DNA of 64,000 bases from assembly GCA_951406725.2 (NCBI GenBank), contig OX597830.1, positions 22,568,001-22,632,000 on the forward strand. The letters are read 5' to 3'. The notes under the pieces were generated by a model, which saw only the letters and a list, made by a program, of their open reading frames with translations, was not told the DNA's origin and ran no database searches. The position numbers and the translations under genes were made by a program. This document shows, one piece after another, positions 1-11,323 of the stretch. Origin of the DNA: Octopus vulgaris (taxonomy: Eukaryota). The first letter of the stretch is position 1, and each line of letters starts with the position of its first letter.

Positions 1-1143
1 TATAATCCAGGCCACCTCACTTGACTTAGAAGAAATTATTGAAGCTGCAAGTGGTGGTGGAGGGAAGACCTCCCACCTCTACCACTGCAAAAATCAAGTT
101 GATGATAAGAGTTGAACAAGAGGAAGAGTTGCGCATACCGGGCATGAACTGCATATTAATAGACATGAACAATTATAAAAAATTTTAAAACAATTTTTGG
201 CGATAACTTGGACCCACCAAGACGAGAGGTAGGATATGATTCTCTACCTCTCGTGGTGGATTTTGAACATTTGAGGTCATATTTGATCTAATAAGATAAT
301 TTTAATTTAATAAACATTGGTGTAAAATATAGTTAAATGGTACTACTCGAGCGTGAGGCTCAAGTAGCCATTACACCCTCATCCATTATATAAATCCATT
401 TCATTCATTCGTTTATATTTCAAATCCCTACTTTGTTCGTCCCCTCTGTGTTGGGCCCACAGTGGCCAATAAAACGAAAATGAAAGAGAGGCTGTATTTA
501 CCATTAACACAGAGCCACAACTGGGGATTTGTATGTTATTGCGGCATCTGTGTTGTTTGAAACTAGGATTATTTTAATCTCAGTGACCCAGGCTACCTAC
601 GGCAAGTCAAGAGGTACTTGCCTGCAACTAGAACAAATAAAGAACGAGTCTTTCTCTAACATGAATATTAAGTTCCCAGTAGTGTTCCTACTACATACAA
701 TCCACTGGAATTATGGGACTAATCATAAGTACCCACAAGGAAGATTATTGTATCAATGTTGAATGATACAATGTTGGGCTGAAATGAAAAAGAAAAAAAA
801 ATTTAAGTGTTAATGTTTGTTTATCTCCAGGCCAGACCTGTTCAAGCTAACCTTTCCGTTAGACATATTCCATCCATGACCGTCGCATGTTTCCACACTA
901 ATTCTCAAACATCTAATAATATCAAATGTTTTTCCATAAATATATATGGATATATTATTCTATATATTATGATATAGTCTATTGACTAAATTTTTCTATA
1001 CGCTAGGCCACTGGTAGTAAAAATTTCTATAATCTTTATTACCCTGATATTATTAATTATTATATATATAAATATGGTATTAAAGTTTTGTTCAAATATG
1101 TAATTTGGTTGCTATTTTTAGCAGATGAAGAGACCACGTAGAG

Positions 1144-1425
1144 CAGTGGTTCTTAACTGGGGTCCATAAGGCTCCTGAAGATTCATATAAGATTTTGTGG
1201 GGTTGATGCTATAAAATAATAAACTGGGGATACACAATATTTTAAGGTTGCCTGAAAAAAATTTCCTTTAGATGGTATGTATTGCAAAAAACAGCTAGGT
1301 TTCTTTTTCTAACATTTTAAATAGTTTAACCTAGTTATTAGACATCAAATGGCAATGGGGGTCCACCAGAATAAAAAAAAATTATCAAAGAGGGTCCATA
1401 GTTAAAATATGGTTGGGAATCCCTG
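1144..1425. mobile_element. Old hAT MITE (related copies near 19734-19865 and 52892-53148)
   Basis: Termini CAGTGGTTCTTAAC ... GTTGGGAATCCCTG, degenerate 8-bp TSD ACGTAGAG/ATGAAGAG, and GGGGTCCA subterminal motifs. Confidence 0.6.
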
Positions 1426-2816
1426 ATGAAGAGGTTCCGAGAAGCCAGAATTCCTGTTACTTTAAATCTGACAGCGCATAACAGACATGATGAGACAGTC
1501 ATAGCTCATCACTGGATTGCAAAAAGAAAAATTAAGAATAATTTTTCATTAGGAAAACTGCAGTTTGCCCTTGATTAATATACAATGCTTTGTATCCTAA
1601 TTTGAGTTTATAACTAATTTGTGATTACGTGGCATGTAAAAAGTACCAACCGATCATGGCTGTTGCCAGCCTCCTCTAGCTTCTGTGCTGGTGGCATGTA
1701 AAAAGCACCCACTACACTCACAGAATGGTTGGTGTTAGGAAGGGCATCCAGCTGTAGAAACACTGCCAGATCAGACTGGAGCCTGGTGCAGCCTCTTGGT
1801 TCCCCAGACCCTGGTCGAACAGTCCAACCCATGCTAGCATGGAAAATGGACGTTAAATGATGATGATGTCGCTTCATAGATTAATTTTTTTTTTTTTTTT
1901 ACATCTCTACAACTATCAAGGATTGAACATAGTTATTGCTTTTAATCAAGCAGACCATTAATGAAAGCAATTTCAGTGATGACAACTCTGTCTCCTCCGC
2001 CTAAATTAAGGGATACTGAAATCAACGTCCAACGTGCGCAGTTTTTAAGCGGCTAGGCTGAATGACGTCGTCTAGTGACACCGACACCATGTAGACCAAT
2101 ATCGAAGTAACGTTCATTTATGGCTAAATCTTAATTAAAATTTTAAGATTTACAAAAAGGTGAAGGAAACGCAGCTAAAGATATCTGAAGTAAAGGTAAA
2201 TAAGATAATGGAATTGCTTATTATAAGCTAACTAACTGACCCTGTGCCGTCAAACATGAGGGCTAACTGTAGTATTTTATATATAAATATGGATGGTAAA
2301 TCAAATTAATACACTTGTCAATGTTATCTAATGGTTGTCTTTTGAGATGTGACATCGATCATCGTTTGTTACTGAAAGAAGACTGGTTCACAGATACAAA
2401 CATTCACATACTTCCCTTGTACACATACACACACATATACTCACACAGAGTTGAAACGCTGTTTGATTTTTCTTTTCAGCGTTGAAAGTTCACCATCCCA
2501 CTTCCATTACACACACACACATACTAATAGAGTTGAAACACTCTCACTACCAGTTTGCCATCACCCCTTCCTTTCTCATTCATATGTTGTGACGGAGAAA
2601 AACACAAGAGCAGTATTATTACAGTAGATGGTTTTGCCAAGGCGAGAGTTTCATCCACATTAGTAGGGCTCGACATGTAGAATAAAATAACAGAAATTAT
2701 GTTTTAGGAAATAGCGTATCACTCACAGCATTTCATAGGTCTGAATGTTGACAATATCCATAAGCAGACTCCATAAGATCAGATCAGCGGTGTTTCTGCC
2801 CTTATCTTATTTCCAT

Positions 2817-3110
2817 GAAGGCGCGTGGCTCACTGGCCAGGCGTGTTCGACTCATGACCATAAGGCCGTGAGTTCGATTTCTGGCGGTGCATTGTATCCT
2901 TGAGCAAGACACTTTATTTCACAATGCTCCCAGTCCACTCAGCTGGCAAAAATGAATAGTGCCTGTAATTCAAAGGGACAGACTTGTCCCATTCTGTGTC
3001 ATGCTGAATCTCCGTGAGAAGTACATTAAGGGTACTTAATTCCGTGAGGAGGCTGTTCCGTTGATCAGATTAACTGGAGCCCTCGTCGTCATAAGTGACG
3101 GACTGCCAGT
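2817..3110 (+). mobile_element. SINE family B head with alternative tail
   Basis: Same head and core as 18983-19318 but with tail TTCAAAGGG.CAG.CTTGTC...GGACTGCCA. This tail is also seen at 59418-59590 (+), 56510-56680 (-) and 47210-47720 (-). Confidence 0.8.
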
Positions 3111-3183
3111 TTATCCTATCTCCACAAACATAGGTACAGGTGTGAGCTTAGCAATCGTAAATACACATTCCTGAATCTAATTT

Positions 3184-3613
3184 GAGCAAGACTTCCGCCC
3201 GCCCCCAACTTTCTTTTTTCGACTCAAACCTCCGTTTTTGGCTACGGGGAATACGAATCTGCAAAAAAATTGGCAAAAATCCACATTTCTAAATTAGCAT
3301 CCCACCCCACCCCCATTTCTTTCATTTTAAACTTTTTTCAAAATTTTTTTCCCTCAAAATATGCGGAAAAATACGGAGATTATGATTCTGTAAAGAATTT
3401 CCCAAAATCTTTGTAAAATTTTTTTAAAGAATTTTTTCTTTTCTAAATATGCGGGAAAATACGGACAAAAATTTCAAAACATTTCTGTACTTAGGGTTTT
3501 AGGGTTAGGGATGCGGAAAAAAAAGTCAATATTAAAGAAGTTGGGGGAGGGGAATTTTGGTAAATAAACAAATTTGGGACAAAATGGGGAGGGGACGGGC
3601 GGAAGTCTTTCCC
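3184..3613. mobile_element. Non-autonomous TIR element with telomere-like core, 6-bp TSD
   Basis: TIRs GAGCAAGACTTCCGCCCGCCCCC / GGGGACGGGCGGAAGTCTTTCCC, TAATTT on both sides, and internal TTAGGGTTTTAGGGTTAGGG. Confidence 0.75.
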
Positions 3614-3620
3614 TAATTTG

Positions 3621-3715
3621 TGGTGGAGGTAAAGAATATGCACACCACCAGTTTTCGGCATAACCCTAACTCTAAATGCCGAAAACGGTGGTGTGCGTAT
3701 TCTTTACCATCGCCG
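3621..3715. mobile_element. 95-bp hairpin element with CCCTAA loop, 7-bp TSD
   Basis: Inverted arms of about 40 bp (GGTAAAGAATATGCACACCACC-AGTTTTCGGCAT / ATGCCGAAAACGGTGGTGTGCGTATTCTTTACC) around AACCCTAACTCTAA, with TAATTTG on both sides. Confidence 0.75.
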
Positions 3716-5164
3716 TAATTTGTTCCATCAATGAAAGTTGCATTTTAATAAAACAGCATGGCTGTGTACTTAATAAAATCACTTTACAACCACGTGGCTT
3801 CATGTTCAAACACTGAAGTAAGCTTAGCTTAGCGATAGCCCAAAAGCTGACCAATTTCTTGTGAGTGAATTAGACGCAAACTTGTGTAGAAGCTCGTTGC
3901 ATGTGTATGTATGGCTGTGTGGTAAGAAGCTTGCCTCTCAACCACATGGTTCTGGGTTCAGTCCCACTGTGTAACACCTTGAGCAACCGTCCTCTACTAT
4001 AGCTTCGGGCCGGCCAAAGCCATGTGAGTGGATTTGGTAGACGGAAACTGAAAGAAGCCCGTCGTATATATTTATGTGAGTGTTTGTCCCCTACCACCGC
4101 TTGACAACTGGTATTGGTGTGTTTACGTCCCCCTAACTTAGCAGTTTCGCAAAAGTGACTGATAGAATAAGTACTAAACTTAAAAAGAATATGTCCTGGG
4201 GGTCAATTCGTTTGATTAAAACTTTTCAAGGCGGTGCCCCAGCATGGCCGCAGTCAGAAGACTGAAACAAGTAAAAGATAAAAGAGACGCGTAAGCATAT
4301 CGGTGCTTGTTCAGCTCCCCACCGCACTACAACCGGTGCTATTTTGTTTACGTCCCTGTAATTTAGTGGTTTGGCAAAACCGAAAGAAAAATACGAAATA
4401 TAAAAAAGATAAATAAATACTTGGGTTGATTTGCCTGACCAAATCATTCAAGAGAGGACCTAAGCTTGGTCGAAGTAAAAAATGAAAGAAATATATGTAT
4501 TTTTCACGTTACATAAATGTTCTATTTTTGAATGCTTCCATATCATTATTAGTTTACGGTCATTTCTGTTTTATCTTTACGCTTTGATTTTTTGCGTATT
4601 GTTGCATCGTAAAATAAGGTTTAACCACATTTTTTCACACCAGCAACACAATAGTTTACATTTATGAATGAATAAATGTCAAACTGATTTATATAGAATT
4701 ACTCTTTCAATTATTCCATTTTTTTTTACCAAAAAGAACGGGCAAAGTTAAAATACCTTATAAGTGGAGAAAGATAACAATTAATATAACAGCCAAAAAT
4801 TTGTTTTTACCTTTGCCTGTTCAAAGCATTTCATAAGTTCTGAGAATTATAGAGCTTTCCTTTCATATCTCCCATGCTACTTTGGTGGTTGAAAAAAGCA
4901 AAAAAAAAAGAGGAGGAATGTGTGTCATATATGATGCGTGGACGCCTGGGAAATGTGCTCTCAGTATCGCATGTAGATACGCAGGACAAATGAAGGGTTA
5001 ACTGAAATTACGCTCGCAGTAAAGGGAAAAATTATTAGCTAAAATGATTCATTCTGCTCAAGGAAGGGAGACAACTCCGAAATAAAAACTGAAAGAGGAG
5101 AGGGGTGAGTAGTGATGAAAAAGGAGGTTGGCAAGTATGTTAATTCCGATTATGTTTCGGTATT

Positions 5165-5345
5165 ATTGAACATCATCGAATTCACACTCCTGCTTCTTAT
5201 CAGTGGTGAATACAACTCCAAGATACCTAAATTTCTCCACTTCCTTTAGTGATGCCGAATGCACTGAGAAGACTTTCTAGGTAGGATCAATGCCTAGAAA
5301 GTCTTGTCCCTCATCCCTGCTTTGCTCTTCCACTTACCAAAGGAA
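5165..5345 (-). mobile_element. LINE reverse-transcriptase scrap
   Basis: Minus strand reads VEKFRYLGVVFTTDKKQECE, an RT domain 7 'F.YLG' motif of RTE type. Confidence 0.55.
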
Positions 5346-6756
5346 AATGAAAATTATGAATTTTAAATTCAAAAGAATGTCGCAATTTTGTTAGAAGTTC
5401 ATTTAGCTTTTTGACATTTTTTCCAAAAAATATATTTCCTTCCTAGTTAAAAAAAATTAGACCAGCAACCAATGTCCACCTGGATTGTGATACTCTTTTA
5501 AATCTAAAATAAACAGTTTTGATTACTTTTGATAAGCAGGTCTGTTTCAATAAAACAGTGGTGCTATTATAAGGAATAACTAATAAATATGCACATTATA
5601 CATTCACATATCTTCTTTTTACTCGTTTCAGTCATTTGCCTGTGGCCATGCTGGGGTTTTAAGGGTTTTAGTTGAACAAATTGATCCTAGGACTTGTTAT
5701 TTTTTTGAAGCTTAGTACTTATTCTGTTGGTCTCTTTTGTCAACCCCCTAAGTTACGGCAATGTAAATACACCACCATCGGTTGTCAAGCAGTAATGGGG
5801 GACAAACACAGACACAGAGATATACATACATAGATATGTACATATAAAACTATCTATCTATAGTTCAATCCATGCCAGCAAGAAATACAGATATTAAATG
5901 ATGATGATAATATAATCTACTTATATTACTTATAAAGCATCAATCTGTCAGATATATATATATATTCATATATACATATATGTGCATACTTACATCTATA
6001 CGTATATACATCTATGTAAGTATGTACATACAAGTATGTATATATGCATATATATATCCTATTTATATTATTATATGATTGAACACCACGCATCCTCTTC
6101 CAAGTATATATATATAAATAGACCGAGACCTTTGGAAATATGCTGTGATTGAGAAGACTTGGCAACTAAAGTGAGATCGCAGCCACACGTCTGGCCCAGT
6201 TAAGAGTACCCCTGATGCGTCGTGTGATATGAAATGCTTGAAAAGACCTGTTGAGTCAAGTAAAACCAATATCGTAGCTGTGGCCAGTACCCCCTGACTG
6301 GCTCTTGTGCTGGTGGCACGTAAAAAGCACCATCCAAATGTAGCTGATATCAGTAACCCCTGACTGGTCCCCGTGCCGGTGACACATAAAAAGCACCATC
6401 TGAACGTGGTCGATGCCAGGTTCGCCTGACTGGCCCCTGTGCCAGTGGCACATAAAAAGCACTATCCGAATATGATCGAAGCCAGGCCCACCTGACTGGT
6501 TTCTGTGCTGGTAGCAAGTAAAAAGCACCCACTACACTATCGGAGAGGTTGGTGTTAAGAAGAACATACAACTGTGGAAACATTGTCAGATCCGATTGGA
6601 GCCTGGTGCAGCCGCTGGCTCTCCAGACCTCAGTCAAACCGTCCAACCCATACCAGCATGGAAAACAGACCAATAATGATGATGTTGATGATGTACACAG
6701 ACACAAGAGTGCGTGCACACGAATCAAACCTCACATTGGGTCAAGACCTTAATGTA

Positions 6757-7291
6757 CAGAGTGGCACACAAAAAAGTAGCCTGGTTCCGTAGTGTTGTAT
6801 AAATACAGAAATAAATTTACTTGTTTGCTAAATGATACGGCTTCAACTTTAGACTTTCCAACAACTGTTGGCATAACCTCCATCTTATGTGAGACTGCTG
6901 CAAATGTCCTGAATAACTTCTGGTGTTTGAACTGAAGGGTCTCTTTATTTTGGAGCCATGTTAGCATGCCCTTTCTTAACTAACATTTGAATTTCATGCG
7001 TTGGCCTTAAGAGAACCTGTTCTCACATACACTTCCACAATTTCCACTCTTCCTTCTATTGAGTACATCATCTTGCAGTAAAAGGCTAGAGATGTTCACT
7101 CAATGCAATCTTACACTCAACAAATGTGGCAAACAACTAATGCACCATCTTTGTTCAACAGTTACAAGTAGTCAAAGCAACACAATGACACTTGCAAATG
7201 AAAGGCTGGTATTTTTTTCACGTGGATAAATTTATTTCTGTATTTTATGCTATGCTACAGAAGCTGGGCTACATTTAGGTGCACCACTCTG
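6757..7291 (-). mobile_element. Tc1/mariner-superfamily deletion derivative
   Basis: Termini TA|CAGAGTGGCACAC..AAGTAGCC and GGCTAC..GTGCACCACTCTG|TA. The minus strand retains MMYSIEGRVEIVEVYVRTGS, resembling a mariner-type transposase N-terminus. Confidence 0.7.
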
Positions 7292-7478
7292 TATTATTTC
7301 TCTGACTGGCTTATCTTTTTTTTTTTTTGTTGCCACATCAGTCTATGCTGATTCCCTTCATTAAAATTTGCAGTAGCAGACCAGTTTCTGTATGTTTTGC
7401 AGGTTTAAACCTCAAATACGTTTTATTACTTTTGCTGGGTTAGATGTGATCAGTGCCAATGTTAGAAAACCCATAAGG

Positions 7479-7509
<31 letters not shown>

Positions 7510-7879
7510 CCTCAGTGGTCAGAGCGTCGGACTTACGACCATGAGGTTGTGAGTTCGAATCATGGACTGGGCCGAGTGTTGTGTTCTTGAGCAAGACACT
7601 TTATTTCACATTGCTCCAGTTCACTCAGCTGTAGAAATGAGTTGCGATGTCACAGGTACCAAGCTGTATCGGCTCCTTTGCCTTTCCCTTGGATGACATC
7701 GGTGGCGTGGAGAGGGGAGGCCGGTGTGCATGGGTGACTTCTGGTCTGCCGTAAACAACCTTGCCTGGACTTGTGCCTCGGGGGGTAACTTTCTAAGTGC
7801 AATCCCATGGTCTGTGTCGTGACCGAAGGGGGTCTCCGATATACCTTAAACGATGATGATGATGATGAGGATGATGAAA

Positions 7880-8024
7880 ATTATATAAATATATATACAT
7901 ACATATATATATACATACATACATATACATACATATATATATATACATACATACATATACATACATACATACATATACATACATATATATATATACATAC
8001 ATACATATATATATATACATACAT

Positions 8025-8055
<31 letters not shown>

Positions 8056-8500
8056 CATACATATACATACATATATATACATACATACATATACATACAT
8101 ATATATATATACATACATACATATACATACATATATATATATATATACATACATATATATATACATACATATACATATATATACATACATATACATACAT
8201 ATATATATATATACATACATACATATACATATATATATATATACATACATACATATACATACATATATATATACATACATATATATATATATACATACAT
8301 ACATACATATACATACATATATATATACATACATACATATACATACATATATATGTATACATACATACATATACATACATATATATATATATACACATAC
8401 ATACATATACATATATATGTATACATACATACATATACATACATATATATATATACACATACATACATATACATACATATATATATATACACATACATAC

Positions 8501-8533
<33 letters not shown>

Positions 8534-8535
8534 CA
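7880..8535. repeat. Compound (TA)n/(TACA)n microsatellite
   Basis: About 650 bp made almost entirely of TA, CA and TACA units; the source of the YIYI/MYVC pseudo-ORFs. Confidence 0.97.
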
Positions 8536-8569
8536 CGTGGCTCTTTACACCTTGATAGACGGTCTAAGC

Positions 8570-8763
8570 CAGGGGTGGGCAAACTTTTTTGATCGCGGGC
8601 CGCACAGTGCGTCTTTGGAACCTTGGCGGGCCTCATTTATAAAAAGCAAGTGAAAATATTGTGAATTACTGTACAGTTACGAAGTATCTGCATAGAAGTT
8701 GGGATTCATAAAAGCTCTCGGCGGGCCGCATGCGGCCCGCGGGCCGTAGTTTGCCCACCCCTG
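8570..8763. mobile_element. hAT (Charlie-like) MITE
   Basis: Perfect 16-bp TIR CAGGGGTGGGCAAACT and an exact 8-bp TSD GTCTAAGC (8562-8569, 8764-8771). GC-rich GGCCCGC subterminal motifs. Confidence 0.92.
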
Positions 8764-8788
8764 GTCTAAGCAGTGGACAATGTTTTAA

Positions 8789-9023
8789 TTAGGTATTTGT
8801 AGTCTTCTTCCTGCAGCTTCTCTCATGGCTGATCCTTCCTATGTTCGATGAGCAAGTTCTGCTGCAAAATCTGCAAGGAAGGTGCTGCAGGGCTGCAGTG
8901 TGTTGTCTTTCTTTCTTTGGTGATCTGCTTCGAGGGACAGGATACTTTCTTCCTTGAGCTGTTTTGACTCCTTTGTTCACTGAGGCTTTCCATGCCGTTC
9001 TGCCTCCACTTAACTTTTCCCAA
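8789..9023 (-). mobile_element. 3' fragment of an RTE-like LINE ORF
   Basis: C-terminal CRFCSRTCSSNIGRISHERSC matches the CxxCxRxCxSxIGLxSHxRxC finger of RTE-group LINEs. Frameshifted; its 3' UTR is interrupted by the hAT MITE. Confidence 0.65.
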
Positions 9024-11323
9024 GTGTTTGCATAACCTTTTTTTTACCTAAATAACCAACAACAGCAGCAACAACAATAATTACAAGGTAAAGATGTTAT
9101 GTCAGTCTTTATGTACAATCAATAAAAGATTTAGATTTAAAAAAAAAAAAAGAATTTAAAATAAACAACATAAAAATCAAAAATAAATGTTTGTGTAAAC
9201 AGCAGCATGTGAAGTAGAAGAAGAAGAAAGAGAAGAAAGATAAGGTGGCTAGTTGTTGTAATTGTAGTTATTTTGTCACAAACATGGCGACGTCTGTGTT
9301 TGAGTAGGAAACACTAACACATCTTCACTTTTATACAACATCACATGGCACTGCTGCTGTGAAGCAACCAAATTCTTGTCTTTCTTTAGAAATCTGTCAC
9401 TCCATGTACTTCCTTATCTTACCAGAAAAACTCGAGCTAATGAAGGGACCCTGGGAAAACTCTATGCAGTCACTCGGCCCACTAAAAGATAGCAGCCAAA
9501 ACTCCTTCGACTTCAAATCCCACCCAACTGTCTTTAAAACAAAGAAAAAAAAAAAAACAAAGACTGAAAGGATACATCAATAAATGTAGTCCTAGATATA
9601 CTACGTCCGAAAAGAAGAGGTGGGATGGTCATGGCTGGAACAGTTTTAGATCAGATCTGTTCAGTCAGGTCTGGCCTGGAGCTAAACAGCAACAATCATA
9701 AACTGTTAAAGATTATTGTTGGGTGAATATTTGCATGTTTTGTCCTCTTAAGAGCCATTACCATGTTTATGACTGGTTCTTCTCATCATACTGATTTAAA
9801 GACAGTTGTGAACGTGTAGTGCTGTTGGTGTGGCAGCAGCAGCAGCTTTGCTTGGGTTGGGAGTGGTGGTGGTAGTAGTAGTAGTAGTAGTGGTAACACT
9901 GCTGGTAGTGAGGAGATGTAGAGGTTTAGGGTTATGGCGCTTGAGTAGTCGGAGACTTCGTGGTGCTAGGAAATCTGTGGATGGCGACCCCACAGTCTTT
10001 TCGGTGGCAACTTGTGAAACTGGTGGATGGCAATGAATATAGTTATGGACAAACAACAACTGGCAGCAGGGCATGAAAGCCCTCTGAGAGATCTATGGAC
10101 AGCAATGGACCATCAAGCAGCCATCAACTTGTAGAGGTAAGAAGAAATCCATCACCGGATCTAATGGCTTAAGACATCAGTTTGAGTGTTAGGAAAAGTT
10201 GATGTAGGGGTTTTGTAAGGGTTTGATTTGCTGCTTTGAAGGAGACTAGTAGTCTGACAAAACAGTTCTTAAAAGTTAAAAAAAAAAGGTACATGAAACA
10301 GTGACCCTGACACACATACACACAAACCAGTGATTCATACACACACAAATACATATACACAGACACATATCTCGCACTAAAACAACAAATAGACGAATAG
10401 GTATCACTAAATTCGGCTGGAATTGAGCGCCCTTTAAATGCAGAGTCATAGCCTGAACATCATTTTTACCAACTTGACCATGCTGACAATGTGTTCTGCT
10501 TCAGATCTCATCGGTGGACAAACAAGGTAAGAAAATTAGCCTCCAAAAGAACATTTTCCTCAGAAACCAAACACTTTCACCATAGACAATTCCCCTTTTT
10601 ACTCAAACCTCACGCAACCCTATGTCCTTCCAAAAATTAATTTCAACCCCCAGATTCTAGATTTGTTTAAACAGACCTGTTGCAGCAATTGAAGGAATTA
10701 GTTTTATCAACTGCACGAAATAAGCTAATTTTTCAACTCCTCAATCAAACATCTCACAAACAGCTGCTTTACATTTAGCGTTGGCTTCACCCACTCACTC
10801 CTGGGTCTGTAATACTGTACAGATTGGAAAGGTATGTTTGTATATATGGATGTGTTTGTGTGCATGTGCTGCTATGCAGGTATGCACATATATATACATA
10901 CTCACTCACACTCAAATAATATAAATGCATATTATATATATATGTGTGTGTGTGTCTAAGACTGAATGTTTGTGAACCACTGAGAAATTGTTAGAGATTT
11001 TTCAGGCAAAGAGGAACCATGACAAAAGATTAGGGTGGCAGCTGGATGGGAGGGATGCAATGAAGGGTGGGGGAATGTAGGATAAAACGAGGAAATGAAA
11101 GAGATTTAAAAAAAAAAAAAAATCGCTGATTAGTTTGATGAAGCCAAAATAAAAGAAAAGAAAACGAAACGAAAATTGACAATAATATAAAGTTTGGTAA
11201 AGTTAAATCTTTGGCAGGATCTTTGAGAAGAAACTGAAGGGGGCCCCCCGCCCGCCCACCCACCCATCATATCAACTTATCATCTCACGATTCCACCCAT
11301 TAAAGGAACCGAGGTAATAAGTG

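Noticed and set aside
1421-1455. CTGATGA as another hammerhead core
   Set aside because: No stem II or GAAA follows; it is the junction of a hAT MITE end and its TSD.
3490-3512. Telomere or chromosome-fusion remnant
   Set aside because: Only about 3 imperfect TTAGGG units, located inside a TIR element with a TSD.
7793-8636. Long ORFs of 220-261 aa on both strands
   Set aside because: Translations of a TA/TACA microsatellite that lacks stop codons (YIYI, MYVC); not genes.
9796-10074. Small hydrophobic or Thr-rich ORFs downstream of BMPR2
   Set aside because: Driven by (GTA/GTG/GCA)n triplet repeats; no splice or homology support.
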